64,000 bases of DNA, from the NCBI GenBank assembly GCA_964016885.1, contig OZ024760.1:30504001-30568000 (forward strand), in the 5' to 3' direction. A program made the translations under genes and the position numbers. The notes beneath the pieces were generated by a model. That model had not been told where the DNA came from. It saw nothing but the letters and a program-made list of their open reading frames with translations, and ran no database searches. Below are positions 13,992 to 28,367 of this stretch, in pieces. Origin of the DNA: Eledone cirrhosa. Taxonomy: Eukaryota. Every line of letters starts with the position of its first letter. Positions within the stretch are counted from its first letter, which is position 1.

Positions 13992-16900
13992 GTCATGTCA
14001 TGTAATGTAATGTAATGTGTAATGTAATGTAATGTAATGTAATATGTAATGTAAGGTAACGTAATGTAATGTAATGTAATGTAATGTAATGTGTAATGTA
14101 ATGTAATGTAATGTAATGTGTAATTTAATGTAATGTAATGAAATGTAATGTAACGTAATGTTTAATGTAATGTAATGTAATGTAATGTGTAATGTGTAAT
14201 GTAATGTAATGTAATGAAATGTGTAATGTAATGTAATATAATGTAATGTAATGTAATGTAATGTAATGTATGGTAATGTAATGTAATGTGTAATGTAATG
14301 TAATGTAATGTAATGTAATGTAATGTAATGTAATGTAATGTAATGTAAGTAATGTACTGTGTAATGTCATGTAATGTAATATGAAGTGTAATGTAATGTA
14401 ATGTAATGTAAAGTAATGTAACGTGTAATGTAACGTAATGTAATGTAATCTAACGTGTAATGTAATGTAACGTAATGTAATGTAATGTAATGCAATGTAA
14501 TGTAATGTGTAAAGTAATGTAATGTAATATAATGTAACGTGTAATGTAATGTAATGTAATGTAATGTAATGTAATGCGTAATGTAATGTAATGTGTAATG
14601 TAATGTAATGTACTGTGTAACGTCATGTAATGTAATATGAAGTGTAATGTAACGTAATGTAATGTAATCTAACGTGTAATGTAATGTAATGTAATGTAAT
14701 GTAATGTAATGTAATGTAATGTAATGTAATGTAATGTAATGTCTAGTGTAATGTAACGTAATGTAATTTAATGTGTAATGTAATGTAATGTAATGTAATG
14801 TGTAATGTAATGTGTAATGTAATGTAATGTAATGTAATGTAATGTAATGTAATGTAATATAATGTAATGTGTAATGTAATGTGTAATGTAATGTAATGTA
14901 ACGTAATGTAATGTAATGTAACGTAATGTAATGTAATGTGTAATATAATGTAATGTAATGTAATGTAATGTAATGTAATGTGTAATGTAATGTAATGTGT
15001 ATGTAATGTAATGTATAATGTAATGTAATGTAATGTAATGTAACGTAATGTAATGTAATGTAATGTAATGTAATGTAATGTAATGTGTAATGTAATGTAA
15101 TGTGATGTAATGTGTAATGTAATGTAATGTAATGTAATGTAATGTAATATAATGTAATGTAATATAATGTAATGTAATGTGTAATGTAATGTAATGTAAT
15201 GTAATGTGATGTAATATAATGTGTAATGTAATGTAATGTAATGTAATGTGTCATGTAATGTAATGTAATGTGTAATGTAATGTAATGTAATGTAATGTGT
15301 AATGTAAGGTAACGTAATGTAATGTAATGTAATGTGTAATGTAATGTAATGTAAAGTAATGTGTAATGTAATGTAATGTAATGTAATGTAATGTAATGTG
15401 TAATGTAATGTAATGTAACGTAATGTAATGTAATGTAATGTGTAATGTAATGTAATGTAATGTAATGTAATGTAATGTAATGTGTAATGCAATGTAATGT
15501 AATGTAATGTAACGTAATGTAATGTAATGTAATGTAATGTAATGTAACGTGTAATGTAATGTAATGTAATGTAATGTAATGTGTAATGTAATGTGTAATG
15601 TAATGTAATGTAATGTAATGTGTAATGTAATGTAATGTAATGTAATGTAATGTAATGTAATGTGTAATGTAATGTAATGTAATGTAATGTAATGTGTAAT
15701 GTAATGTAATGTAATGTAATGTAATGTAATGTGTAATGTAATGTAATGTAATGTAATGTGTAATGTAATGTAATGTAATGTAATGTGTAATGTCGTGTAA
15801 TGTAATGCAATGTGTAATGTAATGTAATGTAATGTCATGTAATGTAATGTGTAATGTAAGGTAATGTAATGTAATGCAATGTAATGTAATGTGTAATGTA
15901 ATGTAATGTAATGTAATGTAATCTAATGTAATGTAATGTATTGTAATGTAATGTGTAATGTAATGTAATGTAATGTAATGTAATGTAATGTAATGTAATG
16001 TGTAATGTAATGTAATGTAATGTAATGTGTAATTTCATTTAATGTAATGTAATGTAATGTAATGTAATGTAATGTAGTGTAATGTAATGTGTAAAGTAAT
16101 GTAATGTAATATAATGTAACGTGTAATGTAATGTAATGTAATGTAATGTAATGTGTAATGTAATGTAATGTGTAATGTAATGTAATGTACTGTGTAATGT
16201 CATGTAATGTAATATGAAGTGTAATGTAATGTAATGTAATGTAATGTAATGTAATGTAACGTGAATATGTAACGTAATGTAATGTAATTTAACGGGTAAT
16301 GTAATGTAATGTAATGTAATGTAATGTAATGTAATGTCTAGTGTAATATAATGTAATGTAATGTATTGTAATGTGTAATGTAATGTAATGTAATGTAATG
16401 TGTAATGTAATGTGTAATTTAATGTAATGTAATGTAATGTAATGTAATGTAATGTAATGTAATGTAATGTGTAATGTAATGTGTAATGTAATGTAATGTA
16501 ACGTAATGTAATGTAATGTAACGTAATGTAATGTAATGTAATGTGTAATATAATGTAATGTAATGTAATGTAATGTAATGTGTAATGTAATGTAATGTGT
16601 AATGTAATGTAATGTATAATGTAATGTAATGTAATGTAACGTAACGTAATGTAATGTAATGTAATGTAATGTAATGTAATGTAATGTAATGTGTAATGTA
16701 ATGTAATGTAATGTAATGTAATGTAATGTAATGTAATGTAATGTAATGTAATGTAATGTAATGTATGGTAATGTAATGTATTGTAATGTAATGTGTAATG
16801 GAATGTAATGTAATGTAATGTAATGTAATGTAATGTAATGTGTAATGTAATGTAATGTAATGTAATGTAATGTAATGTGTAATGTAATGTAATGTAATGT

Positions 16901-16955
16901 AATATAATATAATATAATATAATATAATATAATATAATATAACATAATATAATAT
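16901..16955 (+). repeat. (AATAT)n island, 55 bp, AACAT type, abutting the 6.4-kb duplication junction
   Basis: Read directly; followed immediately by GTAATGTAATATGAAG. Confidence 0.95.
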
Positions 16956-19371
16956 GTAATGTAATATGAAGTGTAATGTAATGTAATGTAATGTAAAGTA
17001 ATGTAACGTGTAATGTAACGTAATGTAATGTAATCTAACGTGTAATGTAATGTAATGTAATATAATGTAATGCAATGTAATGTAATGTGTAAAGTAATGT
17101 AATGTAATATAATGTAACGTGTAATGTAATGTAATGTAATGTAATGTAATGTAATGTGTAATGTAATGTAATGTGTAATGTAATGTAATGTACTGTGTAA
17201 TGTCATGTAATGTAATATGAAGTGTAATGTAATGTAATGTAATGTAATGTAACGTGAATATGTAACGTAATGTAATGTAATCTAACGTGTAATGTAATGT
17301 AATGTAATGTAATGTAATGTAATGTAATGTCTAGTGTAATGTAACGTAATGTAATGTAATGTGTAATGTAATGTAATGTAATGTAATGTGTAATGTAATG
17401 TGTAATGTAATGTAATGTAATGTAATGTAATGTGTAATGTAATGTCTAATGTAATGTAATGTAACGTAATGTAATGTAATGTAACGTAATGTAATGTAAC
17501 GTAATGTAATGTAATGTGTAATATAATGTAATGTAATGTAATGTAATGTGTAATGTAATGTAATGTGTAATGTAATGTAATGTATAATGTAATGTAATGT
17601 AACGTAACGTAACGTAACGTAATGTAATGTAATGTAATGTAATGTAATGTAATGTGTAATGTAATGTAATGTGATGTAATGTGTAATGTAATGTAATGTA
17701 ATGTAATGTAATGTAATGTGTAATGTAATGTAATGTAATGTAATGTAATGTAATGTAATGTAATATAATGTGTAATGTAATGTAATGTAATGTAATGTGT
17801 CATGTAATGTAATGTAATGTGTAATGTAATGTAATGTAATGTAATGTGTAATGTAAGGTAACGTAATGTAATGTAATGTAATGTGTAATGTAATGTAATG
17901 TGTAATGTAATGTAATGTAATGTAATGTAATGTAATGTGTAATGTAATGTAATGTAATGTAATGTAACGTAATGTAATGTAATGTAATGTAATGTAATGT
18001 AATGTAATGTGTAATGTAATGTAATGTAATGTAATGTAATGTGTAATGTAATGTGTAATGTAATGTAATGTAATGTAATGCAATGTGTAATGTAATGTAA
18101 TGTAATGTAATGTAATGTAATGTGTAATGTAATGTAATGTAATGTAATGTAATGTAATGTAATGTGTAATGTAATGTAATGTAATGTAATGTAATGTGTA
18201 ATGTAATGTAATGTAATGTAATGTAATGTGTAATGTAATGTAATGTAATGTAATGTGTAATGTCATGTAATGTAATGTAATGTGTAATGTAATGTAATGT
18301 AATGTCATGTAATGTAATGTGTAATGTAAGGTAATGTAATGTAATGCAATGTAATGTAATGTGTAATGTAATGTAATGTAATGTAATGTATTGTAATGTG
18401 TAATGTAATGTAATGTAATGTAATGTAATGTAATGTAATGTAATGTGTAATGTAATGTAATGTGTAATGTAATGTAATGTAATGTAATGTAATGTAACGT
18501 AATGTAATGTAATGTAGTGTAATGTAATGTGTAATGTAATGTGTAATGTAATGTAATGTAATGTAATATAATCTAATGTAATGTAATCTAATGTGTAAAG
18601 TAATGTAATGTAATATAATGTAATGAGTAATGTAATGTAATGTAATGTAATGTAATGTGTAACGTAACGTAATGTAATGTAATGTAATGTAATGTAATGT
18701 GTAATGTGTAATGTGTAATGTAATGTAATGTAATGTAATGTAATGTAATGTGTAATGTAATGTAATGTAACGTAATGTAATGTAATGTAATGTAATGTAA
18801 TGTAATGTAATGTGTAATGTAATGTAATGTAATGTAATATAATGTAAAGTGTAACGTGATGTAATGTAATGTAATGTGTAATGTAATGTAATGTAATGTA
18901 ATGTAATATAATGTAATGTAATGTAATGTAATGTAGTGTAATATAATGTAATATAATGTAATGTGTAATGTAATGTAATGTAATGTGTAATGTAATGTAA
19001 TGTAATGTAATGTAATGTGTAATGTCATGTAATGTAATGTAATTGAATGTAATGTAATGTGTAATGTAAGGTAACGTAATGTAATGTAATGTAATGTAAT
19101 GTGTAATGTAATGTAATGTAATGTAATGTGTAATTTAATGTAATGTAATGTAATGTAATGTAATGTAATGTGTAATGTAATGTAATGTAATGTAATGTAA
19201 TGTAATGTGTAATGTAATGTAATGTAATGTAATGTAATGTAATGTAATGTATGGTAATGTAATGTAATGTAACGTAATGTGTAATGTAATGTAATGTAAT
19301 ATAATGTGTAATGTAATGTAATGTAATGTAATGTAATGTAATGTAATGTGTAATGTAATGTAATGTAATGT

Positions 19372-19446
19372 AATATAATATAATATAATATAATATAATA
19401 TAATATAATATAATATAATATAATATAATATAACATAATATAATAT
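19372..19446 (+). repeat. (AATAT)n island, 75 bp, AACAT type
   Basis: Read directly. Confidence 0.95.
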
Positions 19447-22400
19447 GTAATATAATGTGATGTAATGTAATGTAATGTAATGTGTAATGTAATGTAATGT
19501 AATGTAATGTAATGTAATGTAATGTAATGTAATGTAATGTAATGTAATGTGTAATGTAATGTAATGTAACGTAATGTAATGTAATGTAATGTGTAATGTA
19601 ATGTAATGTAATGTAGTGTAATGTAATGTCTAATGTAATGTATGTAATGTAATGTAATGTAATGTGTAATGTAATGTAATGTAATGTAATGTAATGTGTA
19701 ATGTAATGTGTAATATAATTTAATGTAATGTAATGTAATGTAATGTAATGTAATGTGTAATGTAATGTGTAACGTAATGTAATGTAACGTAATGTAATGT
19801 ACTGTGTAATGTAATGTAATGTAATGTAATGTAATGTAATGTACAGTAATGTAATGTGTAATGTAATGTAATGTGTAATGTAATGTAATGTATAATGTAA
19901 TGTAATGTAATGTAATGTAATGTGTAATGTAATGTGTAACGTAATGTAATGTAATGTAATGTAATGTAATGTAATGTAATGTAAAGTGTAATGTGTAACG
20001 TGTAATGTAATGTAATGTAATGTAATGTAATGTAATGTGTAATGTAATGTAATGTAATGTAATGTAATGTAATGTGTAATGTGTAACGTGTAATGTAATG
20101 TAATGTAATGTAATGTAATGTAATATAATGTAATGTAATGTGTAATGTAATGTAATGTAATGTAATGTGAAATGTAATGTAATGTAATGTAATGTAATGT
20201 AATGTGTAATGTAATGTAATGTAATGTGTAATGTAATGTAATGTAATGTAATGTAATGTAATGTAATGTAATGTGTAATGTAATGTAATGTAGTATAATG
20301 TGTAATGTAATGTAATGTAATGTAATATAATGTAATGTAATGTGTAATGTAATGTAATGTAATGTAATGTGAAATGTAATGTAATGTAATGTAATGTAAT
20401 GTGTAATGTAATGTAATGTAATGTAATGCAATGTGTAATGTCATGTCATGTAATGTAATGTAATGTGTAATGTAATGTAATGTAATGTAATATGTAATGT
20501 AAGGTAACGTAATGTAATGTAATGTAATGTAATGTAATGTGTAATGTAATGTAATGTAATGTAATGTGTAATTTAATGTAATGTAATGAAATGTAATGTA
20601 ACGTAATGTTTAATGTAATGTAATGTAATGTAATGTGTAATGTGTAATGTAATGTAATGTAATGAAATGTGTAATGTAATGTAATATAATGTAATGTAAT
20701 GTAATGTAATGTAATGTATGGTAATGTAATGTAATGTGTAATGTAATGTAATGTAATGTAATGTAATGTAATGTAATGTAATGTAATGTAATGTAAGTAA
20801 TGTACTGTGTAATGTCATGTAATGTAATATGAAGTGTAATGTAATGTAATGTAATGTAAAGTAATGTAACGTGTAATGTAACGTAATGTAATGTAATCTA
20901 ACGTGTAATGTAATGTAACGTAATGTAATGTAATGTAATGCAATGTAATGTAATGTGTAAAGTAATGTAATGTAATATAATGTAACGTGTAATGTAATGT
21001 AATGTAATGTAATGTAATGTAATGCGTAATGTAATGTAATGTGTAATGTAATGTAATGTACTGTGTAACGTCATGTAATGTAATATGAAGTGTAATGTAA
21101 CGTAATGTAATGTAATCTAACGTGTAATGTAATGTAATGTAATGTAATGTAATGTAATGTAATGTAATGTAATGTAATGTAATGTAATGTCTAGTGTAAT
21201 GTAACGTAATGTAATTTAATGTGTAATGTAATGTAATGTAATGTAATGTGTAATGTAATGTGTAATGTAATGTAATGTAATGTAATGTAATGTAATGTAA
21301 TGTAATATAATGTAATGTGTAATGTAATGTGTAATGTAATGTAATGTAACGTAATGTAATGTAATGTAACGTAATGTAATGTAATGTGTAATATAATGTA
21401 ATGTAATGTAATGTAATGTAATGTAATGTGTAATGTAATGTAATGTGTATGTAATGTAATGTATAATGTAATGTAATGTAATGTAATGTAACGTAATGTA
21501 ATGTAATGTAATGTAATGTAATGTAATGTAATGTGTAATGTAATGTAATGTGATGTAATGTGTAATGTAATGTAATGTAATGTAATGTAATGTAATATAA
21601 TGTAATGTAATATAATGTAATGTAATGTGTAATGTAATGTAATGTAATGTAATGTGATGTAATATAATGTGTAATGTAATGTAATGTAATGTAATGTGTC
21701 ATGTAATGTAATGTAATGTGTAATGTAATGTAATGTAATGTAATGTGTAATGTAAGGTAAGGTAACGTAATGTAATGTAATGTAATGTGTAATGTAATGT
21801 AATGTAAAGTAATGTGTAATGTAATGTAATGTAATGTAATGTAATGTAATGTGTAATGTAATGTAATGTAACGTAATGTAATGTAATGTAATGTGTAATG
21901 TAATGTAATGTAATGTAATGTAATGTAATGTAATGTGTAATGCAATGTAATGTAATGTAATGTAACGTAATGTAATGTAAGGTAATGTAATGTAATGTAA
22001 CGTGTAATGTAATGTAATGTAATGTAATGTAATGTAATGTGTAATGTAATGTGTAATGTAATGTAATGTAATGTAATGTGTAATGTAATGTAATGTAATG
22101 TAATGTAATGTAATGTAATGTGTAATGTAATGTAATGTAATGTAATGTAATGTGTAATGTAATGTAATGTAATGTAATGTAATGTAATGTGTAATGTAAT
22201 GTAATGTAATGTAATGTGTAATGTAATGTAATGTAATGTAATGTGTAATGTCGTGTAATGTAATGCAATGTGTAATGTAATGTAATGTAATGTCATGTAA
22301 TGTAATGTGTAATGTAAGGTAATGTAATGTAATGCAATGTAATGTAATGTGTAATGTAATGTAATGTAATGTAATGTAATCTAATGTAATGTAATGTATT

Positions 22401-23363
22401 GTAATGTAATGTGTAATGTAATGTAATGTAATGTAATGTAATGTAATGTAATGTAATGTAATGTGTAATGTAATGTAATGTAATGTAATGTGTAATTTCA
22501 TTTAATGTAATGTAATGTAATGTAATGTAATGTAATGTAGTGTAATGTAATGTGTAAAGTAATGTAATGTAATATAATGTAACGTGTAATGTAATGTAAT
22601 GTAATGTAATGTAATGTGTAATGTAATGTAATGTGTAATGTAATGTAATGTACTGTGTAATGTCATGTAATGTAATATGAAGTGTAATGTAATGTAATGT
22701 AATGTAATGTAATGTAATGTAACGTGAATATGTAACGTAATGTAATGTAATCTAACGGGTAATGTAATGTAATGTAATGTAATGTAATGTAATGTAATGT
22801 CTAGTGTAATATAATGTAATGTAATGTATTGTAATGTGTAATGTAATGTAATGTAATGTAATTTGTAATGTAATGTGTAATTTAATGTAATGTAATGTAA
22901 TGTAATGTAATGTAATGTAATGTAATGTAATGTGTAATGTAATGTGTAATGTAATGTAATGTAACGTAATGTAATGTAATGTAACGTAATGTAATGTAAT
23001 GTGATGTGTAATATAATGTAATGTAATGTAATGTAATGTAATGTGTAATGTAATGTAATGTGTAATGTAATGTAATGTATAATGTAATGTAATGTAATGT
23101 AACGTAACGTAATGTAATGTAATGTAATGTAATGTAATGTAATGTAATGTGTAATGTAATGTAATGTAATGTAATGTAATGTAATGTAATGTAATGTAAT
23201 GTAATGTAATGTAATGTAATGTATGGTAATGTAATGTATTGTAATGTAATGTGTAATGGAATGTAATGTAATGTAATGTAATGTAATGTAATGTAATGTA
23301 ATGTGTAATGTAATGTAATGTAATGTAATGTAATGTAATGTGTAATGTAATGTAATGTAATGT

Positions 23364-23418
23364 AATATAATATAATATAATATAATATAATATAATATAA
23401 TATAACATAATATAATAT
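23364..23418 (+). repeat. (AATAT)n island, 55 bp, AACAT type
   Basis: Read directly. Confidence 0.95.
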
Positions 23419-24521
23419 GTAATGTAATGTAATGTAATGTAATGTGTAATGTAATGTAATGTAATGTAATGTGTAATGTAATGTAATGTAATGTAATTTG
23501 TAATGTAATGTAATGTAATGTAATGTAACGTAATGTAATGTAATGTAACGTAATGTAATGTAATGTAATGTGTAATGTAATGTAATTTAATGTAATGTAA
23601 TGTAATGTGTAATGTAACGTAATGTAATGTGTAATGTAATGTAATGTAATGTAATGTAATGTAATGTGTAATGTAATGTAATGTAACGTAATGTAATGTA
23701 ATGTAATGTGTAATGTAATGTAATGTAATGTAATGTAATGTAATGTCTAATGTAATGTATGTAATGTAATGTAATGTGTAATGTAATGTAATGTAATGTA
23801 ATGTAATGTAATGTGTAATGTAATGTGTAATATAATTTAATGTAATGTAATGTAATATAATGTAATGTGTAATGTAATGTGTAACGTAATGTAATGTAAC
23901 GTAATGTAATGTACTGTGTAATGTAATGTAATGTAATGTAATGTACAGTAATGTAATGTGTAATGTAATGTAATGTGTAATGTAATGTAATGTATAATGT
24001 AATGTAATGTAATGTAATGTGTAACGTAATGTGTAACGTAATGTAATGTAATGTAATGTAATGTAATTTAATGTAATGTGTAATGTGTAATGTGTAATGT
24101 AATGTAATGTAATGTAATGTAATGTAATGTAATGTGTAATGTAATGTAATGTAATGTAATGTAATGTAATGTAATGTGTAATGTGTAACGTGTAATGTAA
24201 TGTAATGTAATGTAATGTAATGTAATGTAATGTAATGTGTAATGTAATGTAATGTAATGTGAAATGTAATGTAATGTAATGTAATGTAATGTGTAATGTA
24301 ATGTAATGTAATGTGTAATGTAATGTAATGTAATGTAATGTAATGTGTAATGTAATGTAATGTAATGTAATGTGTAATGTAATGTAATGTAATGTAATGT
24401 AATGTAATATAATGTAATGTAATGTGTAATGTAATGTAATGTAATGTAATGTGTAATGTAATGTAATGTAATGTAATGTGTAATGTAATGTAATGTAATG
24501 TAATGTAATGTAATGTGTGAT

Positions 24522-27500
24522 GTCATGTCATGTAATGTAATGTAATGTGTAATGTAATGTAATGTAATGTAATATGTAATGTAAGGTAACGTAATGTAAT
24601 GTAATGTAATGTAATGTGTAATGTAATGTAATGTAATGTAATGTGTAATTTAATGTAATGTAATGAAATGTAATGTAACGTAATGTTTAATGTAATGTAA
24701 TGTAATGTAATGTAATGTAATGTAATGTAATGTGTAATGTGTAATGTAATGTAATGTAATGTAATGTGTAATGTAATGTAATGTAATGTAATGTAATGTA
24801 ATGTAATGTAATGTATGGTAATGTAATGTAATGTAATGTGTAATGTAATGTAATGTAATGTAATGTAATGTAATGTAATGTAATGTAAGTAATGTACTGT
24901 GTAATATCATGTAATGTAATATGAAGTGTAATGTAATGTAATGTAATGTAAAGTAATGTAACGTGTAATGTAACGTAATGTAATGTAATCTAACGTGTAA
25001 TGTAATGTAATGTAATATAATGTAATGCAATGTAATGTAATGTGTAAAGTAATGTAATGTAATATAATGTAACGTGTAATGTAATGTAATGTAATGTAAT
25101 GTAATGTAATGTGTAATGTAATGTAATGTGTAATGTAATGTAATGTACTGTGTAATGTCATGTAATGTAATATGAAGTGTAATGTAATGTAATGTAATGT
25201 AATGTAACGTGAATATGTAACGTAATGTAATGTAATCTAACGTGTAATGTAATGTAATGTAATGTAATGTAATGTAATGTAATGTCTAGTGTAATGTAAC
25301 GTAATGTAATGTAATGTGTAATGTAATGTAATGTAATGTAATGTGTAATGTAATGTGTAATGTAATGTAATGTAATGTAATGTGTAATGTAATGTGTAAT
25401 GTAATGTAATGTAACGTAATGTAATGTAATGTAACGTAATGTAATGTAACGTAATGTAATGTAATGTGTAATATAATGTAATGTAATGTAATGTAATGTG
25501 TAATGTAATGTAATGTGTAATGTAATGTAATGTATAATGTAATGTAATGTAACGTAACGTAACGTAACGTAATGTAATGTAATGTAATGTAATGTAATGT
25601 AATGTGTAATGTAATGTAATGTGATGTAATGTGTAATGTAATGTAATGTAATGTAATGTAATGTAATGTGTAATGTAATGTAATGTAATGTAATGTAATG
25701 TAATGTAATATAATGTGTAATGTAATGTAATGTAATGTAATGTGTCATGTAATGTAATGTAATGTGTAATGTAATGTAATGTAATGTAATGTGTAATGTA
25801 AGGTAACGTAATGTAATGTAATGTAATGTGTAATGTAATGTAATGTGTAATGTAATGTAATGTAATGTAATGTAATGTGTAATGTAATGTAATGTAATGT
25901 AATGTAACGTAATGTAATGTAATGTAATGTAATGTAATGTAATGTAATGTAATGTGTAATGTAATGTAATGTAATGTAATGTAATGTGTAATGTAATGTG
26001 TAATGTAATGTAATGTAATGTAATGTAATGTGTAATGTAATGTAATGTAATGTAATGTAATGTAATGTAATGTGTAATGTAATGTAATGTAATGTAATGT
26101 AATGTGTAATGTAATGTGTAATGTAATGTAATGTAATGTAATGTGTAATGTAATGTAATGTAATGTAATGTGTAATGTCATGTAATGTAATGTAATGTGT
26201 AATGTAATGTAATGTAATGTCATGTAATGTAATGTGTAATGTAAGGTAATGTAATGTAATGCAATGTAATGTAATGTGTAATGTAATGTAATGTAATGTA
26301 ATGTATTGTAATGTGTAATGTAATGTAATGTAATGTAATGTAATGTAATGTAATGTAATGTGTAATGTAATGTAATGTAATGTAATGTGTAATGTAATGT
26401 AATGTAATGTAATGTAATGTAACGTAATGTAATGTAATGTAGTGTAATGTAATGTGTAATGTAATGTGTAATGTAATGTAATGTAATGTAATATAATCTA
26501 ATGTAATGTAATCTAATGTGTAAAGTAATGTAATGTAATATAATGTAATGAGTAATGTAATGTAATGTAATGTAATGTAATGTGTAACGTAATGTAATGT
26601 AATGTAATGTAATGTAATGTGTAATGTGTAATGTGTAATGTAATGTAATGTAATGTAATGTAATGTAATGTAATGTGTAATGTAATGTAATGTAACGTAA
26701 TGTAATGTAATGTAATGTAATGTAATGTAATGTGTAATGTAATGTAATGTAATGTAATATAATGTAAAGTGTAACGTAATGTAATGTAATGTAATGTGTA
26801 ATGTAATGTAATGTAATGTAATGTAATATAATGTAATGTAATGTAATGTAATGTAATGTAATGTAGTGTAATATAATGTAATATAATGTAATGTGTAATG
26901 TAATGTAATGTAATGTGTAATGTAATGTAATGTAATGTAATGTAATGTGTAATGTCATGTAATGTAATGTAATTGAATGTAATGTAATGTGTAATGTAAG
27001 GTAACGTAATGTAATGTAATGTAATGTAATGTGTAATGTAATGTAATGTAATGTAATGTGTAATTTAATGTAATGTAATGTAATGTAATGTAATGTAATG
27101 TGTAATGTAATGTAATGTAATGTAATGTAATGTAATGTAATGTAATGTGTAATGTAATGTAATGTAATGTAATGTAATGTAATGTAATGTAATGTATGGT
27201 AATGTAATGTAATGTAATGTAATGTGTAATGGAATGTAATGTAATGTAATGTAATGTAATGTAATGTGTAATGTAATGTAATGTAATGTAATATAATATA
27301 ATATAATATAATATAATATAATATAATATAATATAATATAATATAATATAACATAATATAATATGTAATGTAATGTGATGTAATGTAATGTAATGTAATG
27401 TGTAATGTAATGTAATGTAATGTAATGTAATGTAATGTAATGTAATGTAATGTAATGTAATGTGTAATGTAATGTAATGTAACGTAATGTAATGTAATGT

Positions 27501-28367
27501 AATGTGTAATGTAATGTAATGTAATGTAATGTAATGTAATGTAATGTCTAATGTAATGTATGTAATGTAATGTAATGTAATGTGTAATGTAATGTAATGT
27601 AATGTAATGTAATGTGTAATGTAATGTGTAATATAATTTAATGTAATGTAATGTAATGTAATGTAATGTAATGTAATGTGTAATGTAATGTGTAACGTAA
27701 TGTAATGTAACGTAATGTAATGTACTGTGTAATGTAATGTAATGTAATGTAATGTAATGTAATGTACAGTAATGTAATGTGTAATGTAATGTAATGTGTA
27801 ATGTAATGTAATGTATAATGTAATGTAATGTAATGTAATGTAATGTGTAACGTAATGTGTAACGTAATGTAATGTAATGTAATGTAATGTAATGTAATGT
27901 AATGTAATGTAAAGTGTAATGTGTAACGTGTAATGTAATGTAATGTAATGTAATGTAATGTAATGTAATGTGTAATGTAATGTAATGTAATGTAATGTAA
28001 TGTAATGTGTAATGTGTAACGTGTAATGTAATGTAATGTAATGTAATGTAATGTAATATAATGTAATGTAATGTGTAATGTAATGTAATGTGAAATGTAA
28101 TGTAATGTAATGTAATGTAATGTAATGTGTAATGTAATGTAATGTAATGTGTAATGTAATGTAATGTAATGTAATGTAATGTAATGTAATGTAATGTGTA
28201 ATGTAATGTAATGTAATATAATGTGTAATGTAATGTAATGTAATGTAATGTAATATAATGTAATGTAATGTGTAATGTAATGTAATGTAATGTAATGTGA
28301 AATGTAATGTAATGTAATGTAATGTAATGTGTAATGTAATGTAATGTAATGTAATGCAATGTGTAAT
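24522..28367 (+). repeat. Canonical higher-order repeat unit (about 3.85 kb), A-type, collinear with 10169-13991
   Basis: GTCATGTCATG at 24522 and 28368; CTAG at 25286, (AACGT)4 at 25551, GAG marker at 26550, AATAT island at 27290-27364, GTACAG at 27764. Confidence 0.9.
27290..27364 (+). repeat. (AATAT)n island, 75 bp, AACAT type
   Basis: Read directly. Confidence 0.95.

Larger units (their letters stand above)
10547..23418 (+). repeat. Tandem duplication, period about 6.41-6.46 kb (10547-16953 and 16954-23418)
   Basis: Shared markers: ATGAAG 10558/16966, GTCATGTCATG 13992/20440, private ATGCGT 14576/21024, GTCGT 15794/22252, AACGGG 16294/22757, islands 16901/23364. Confidence 0.88.
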
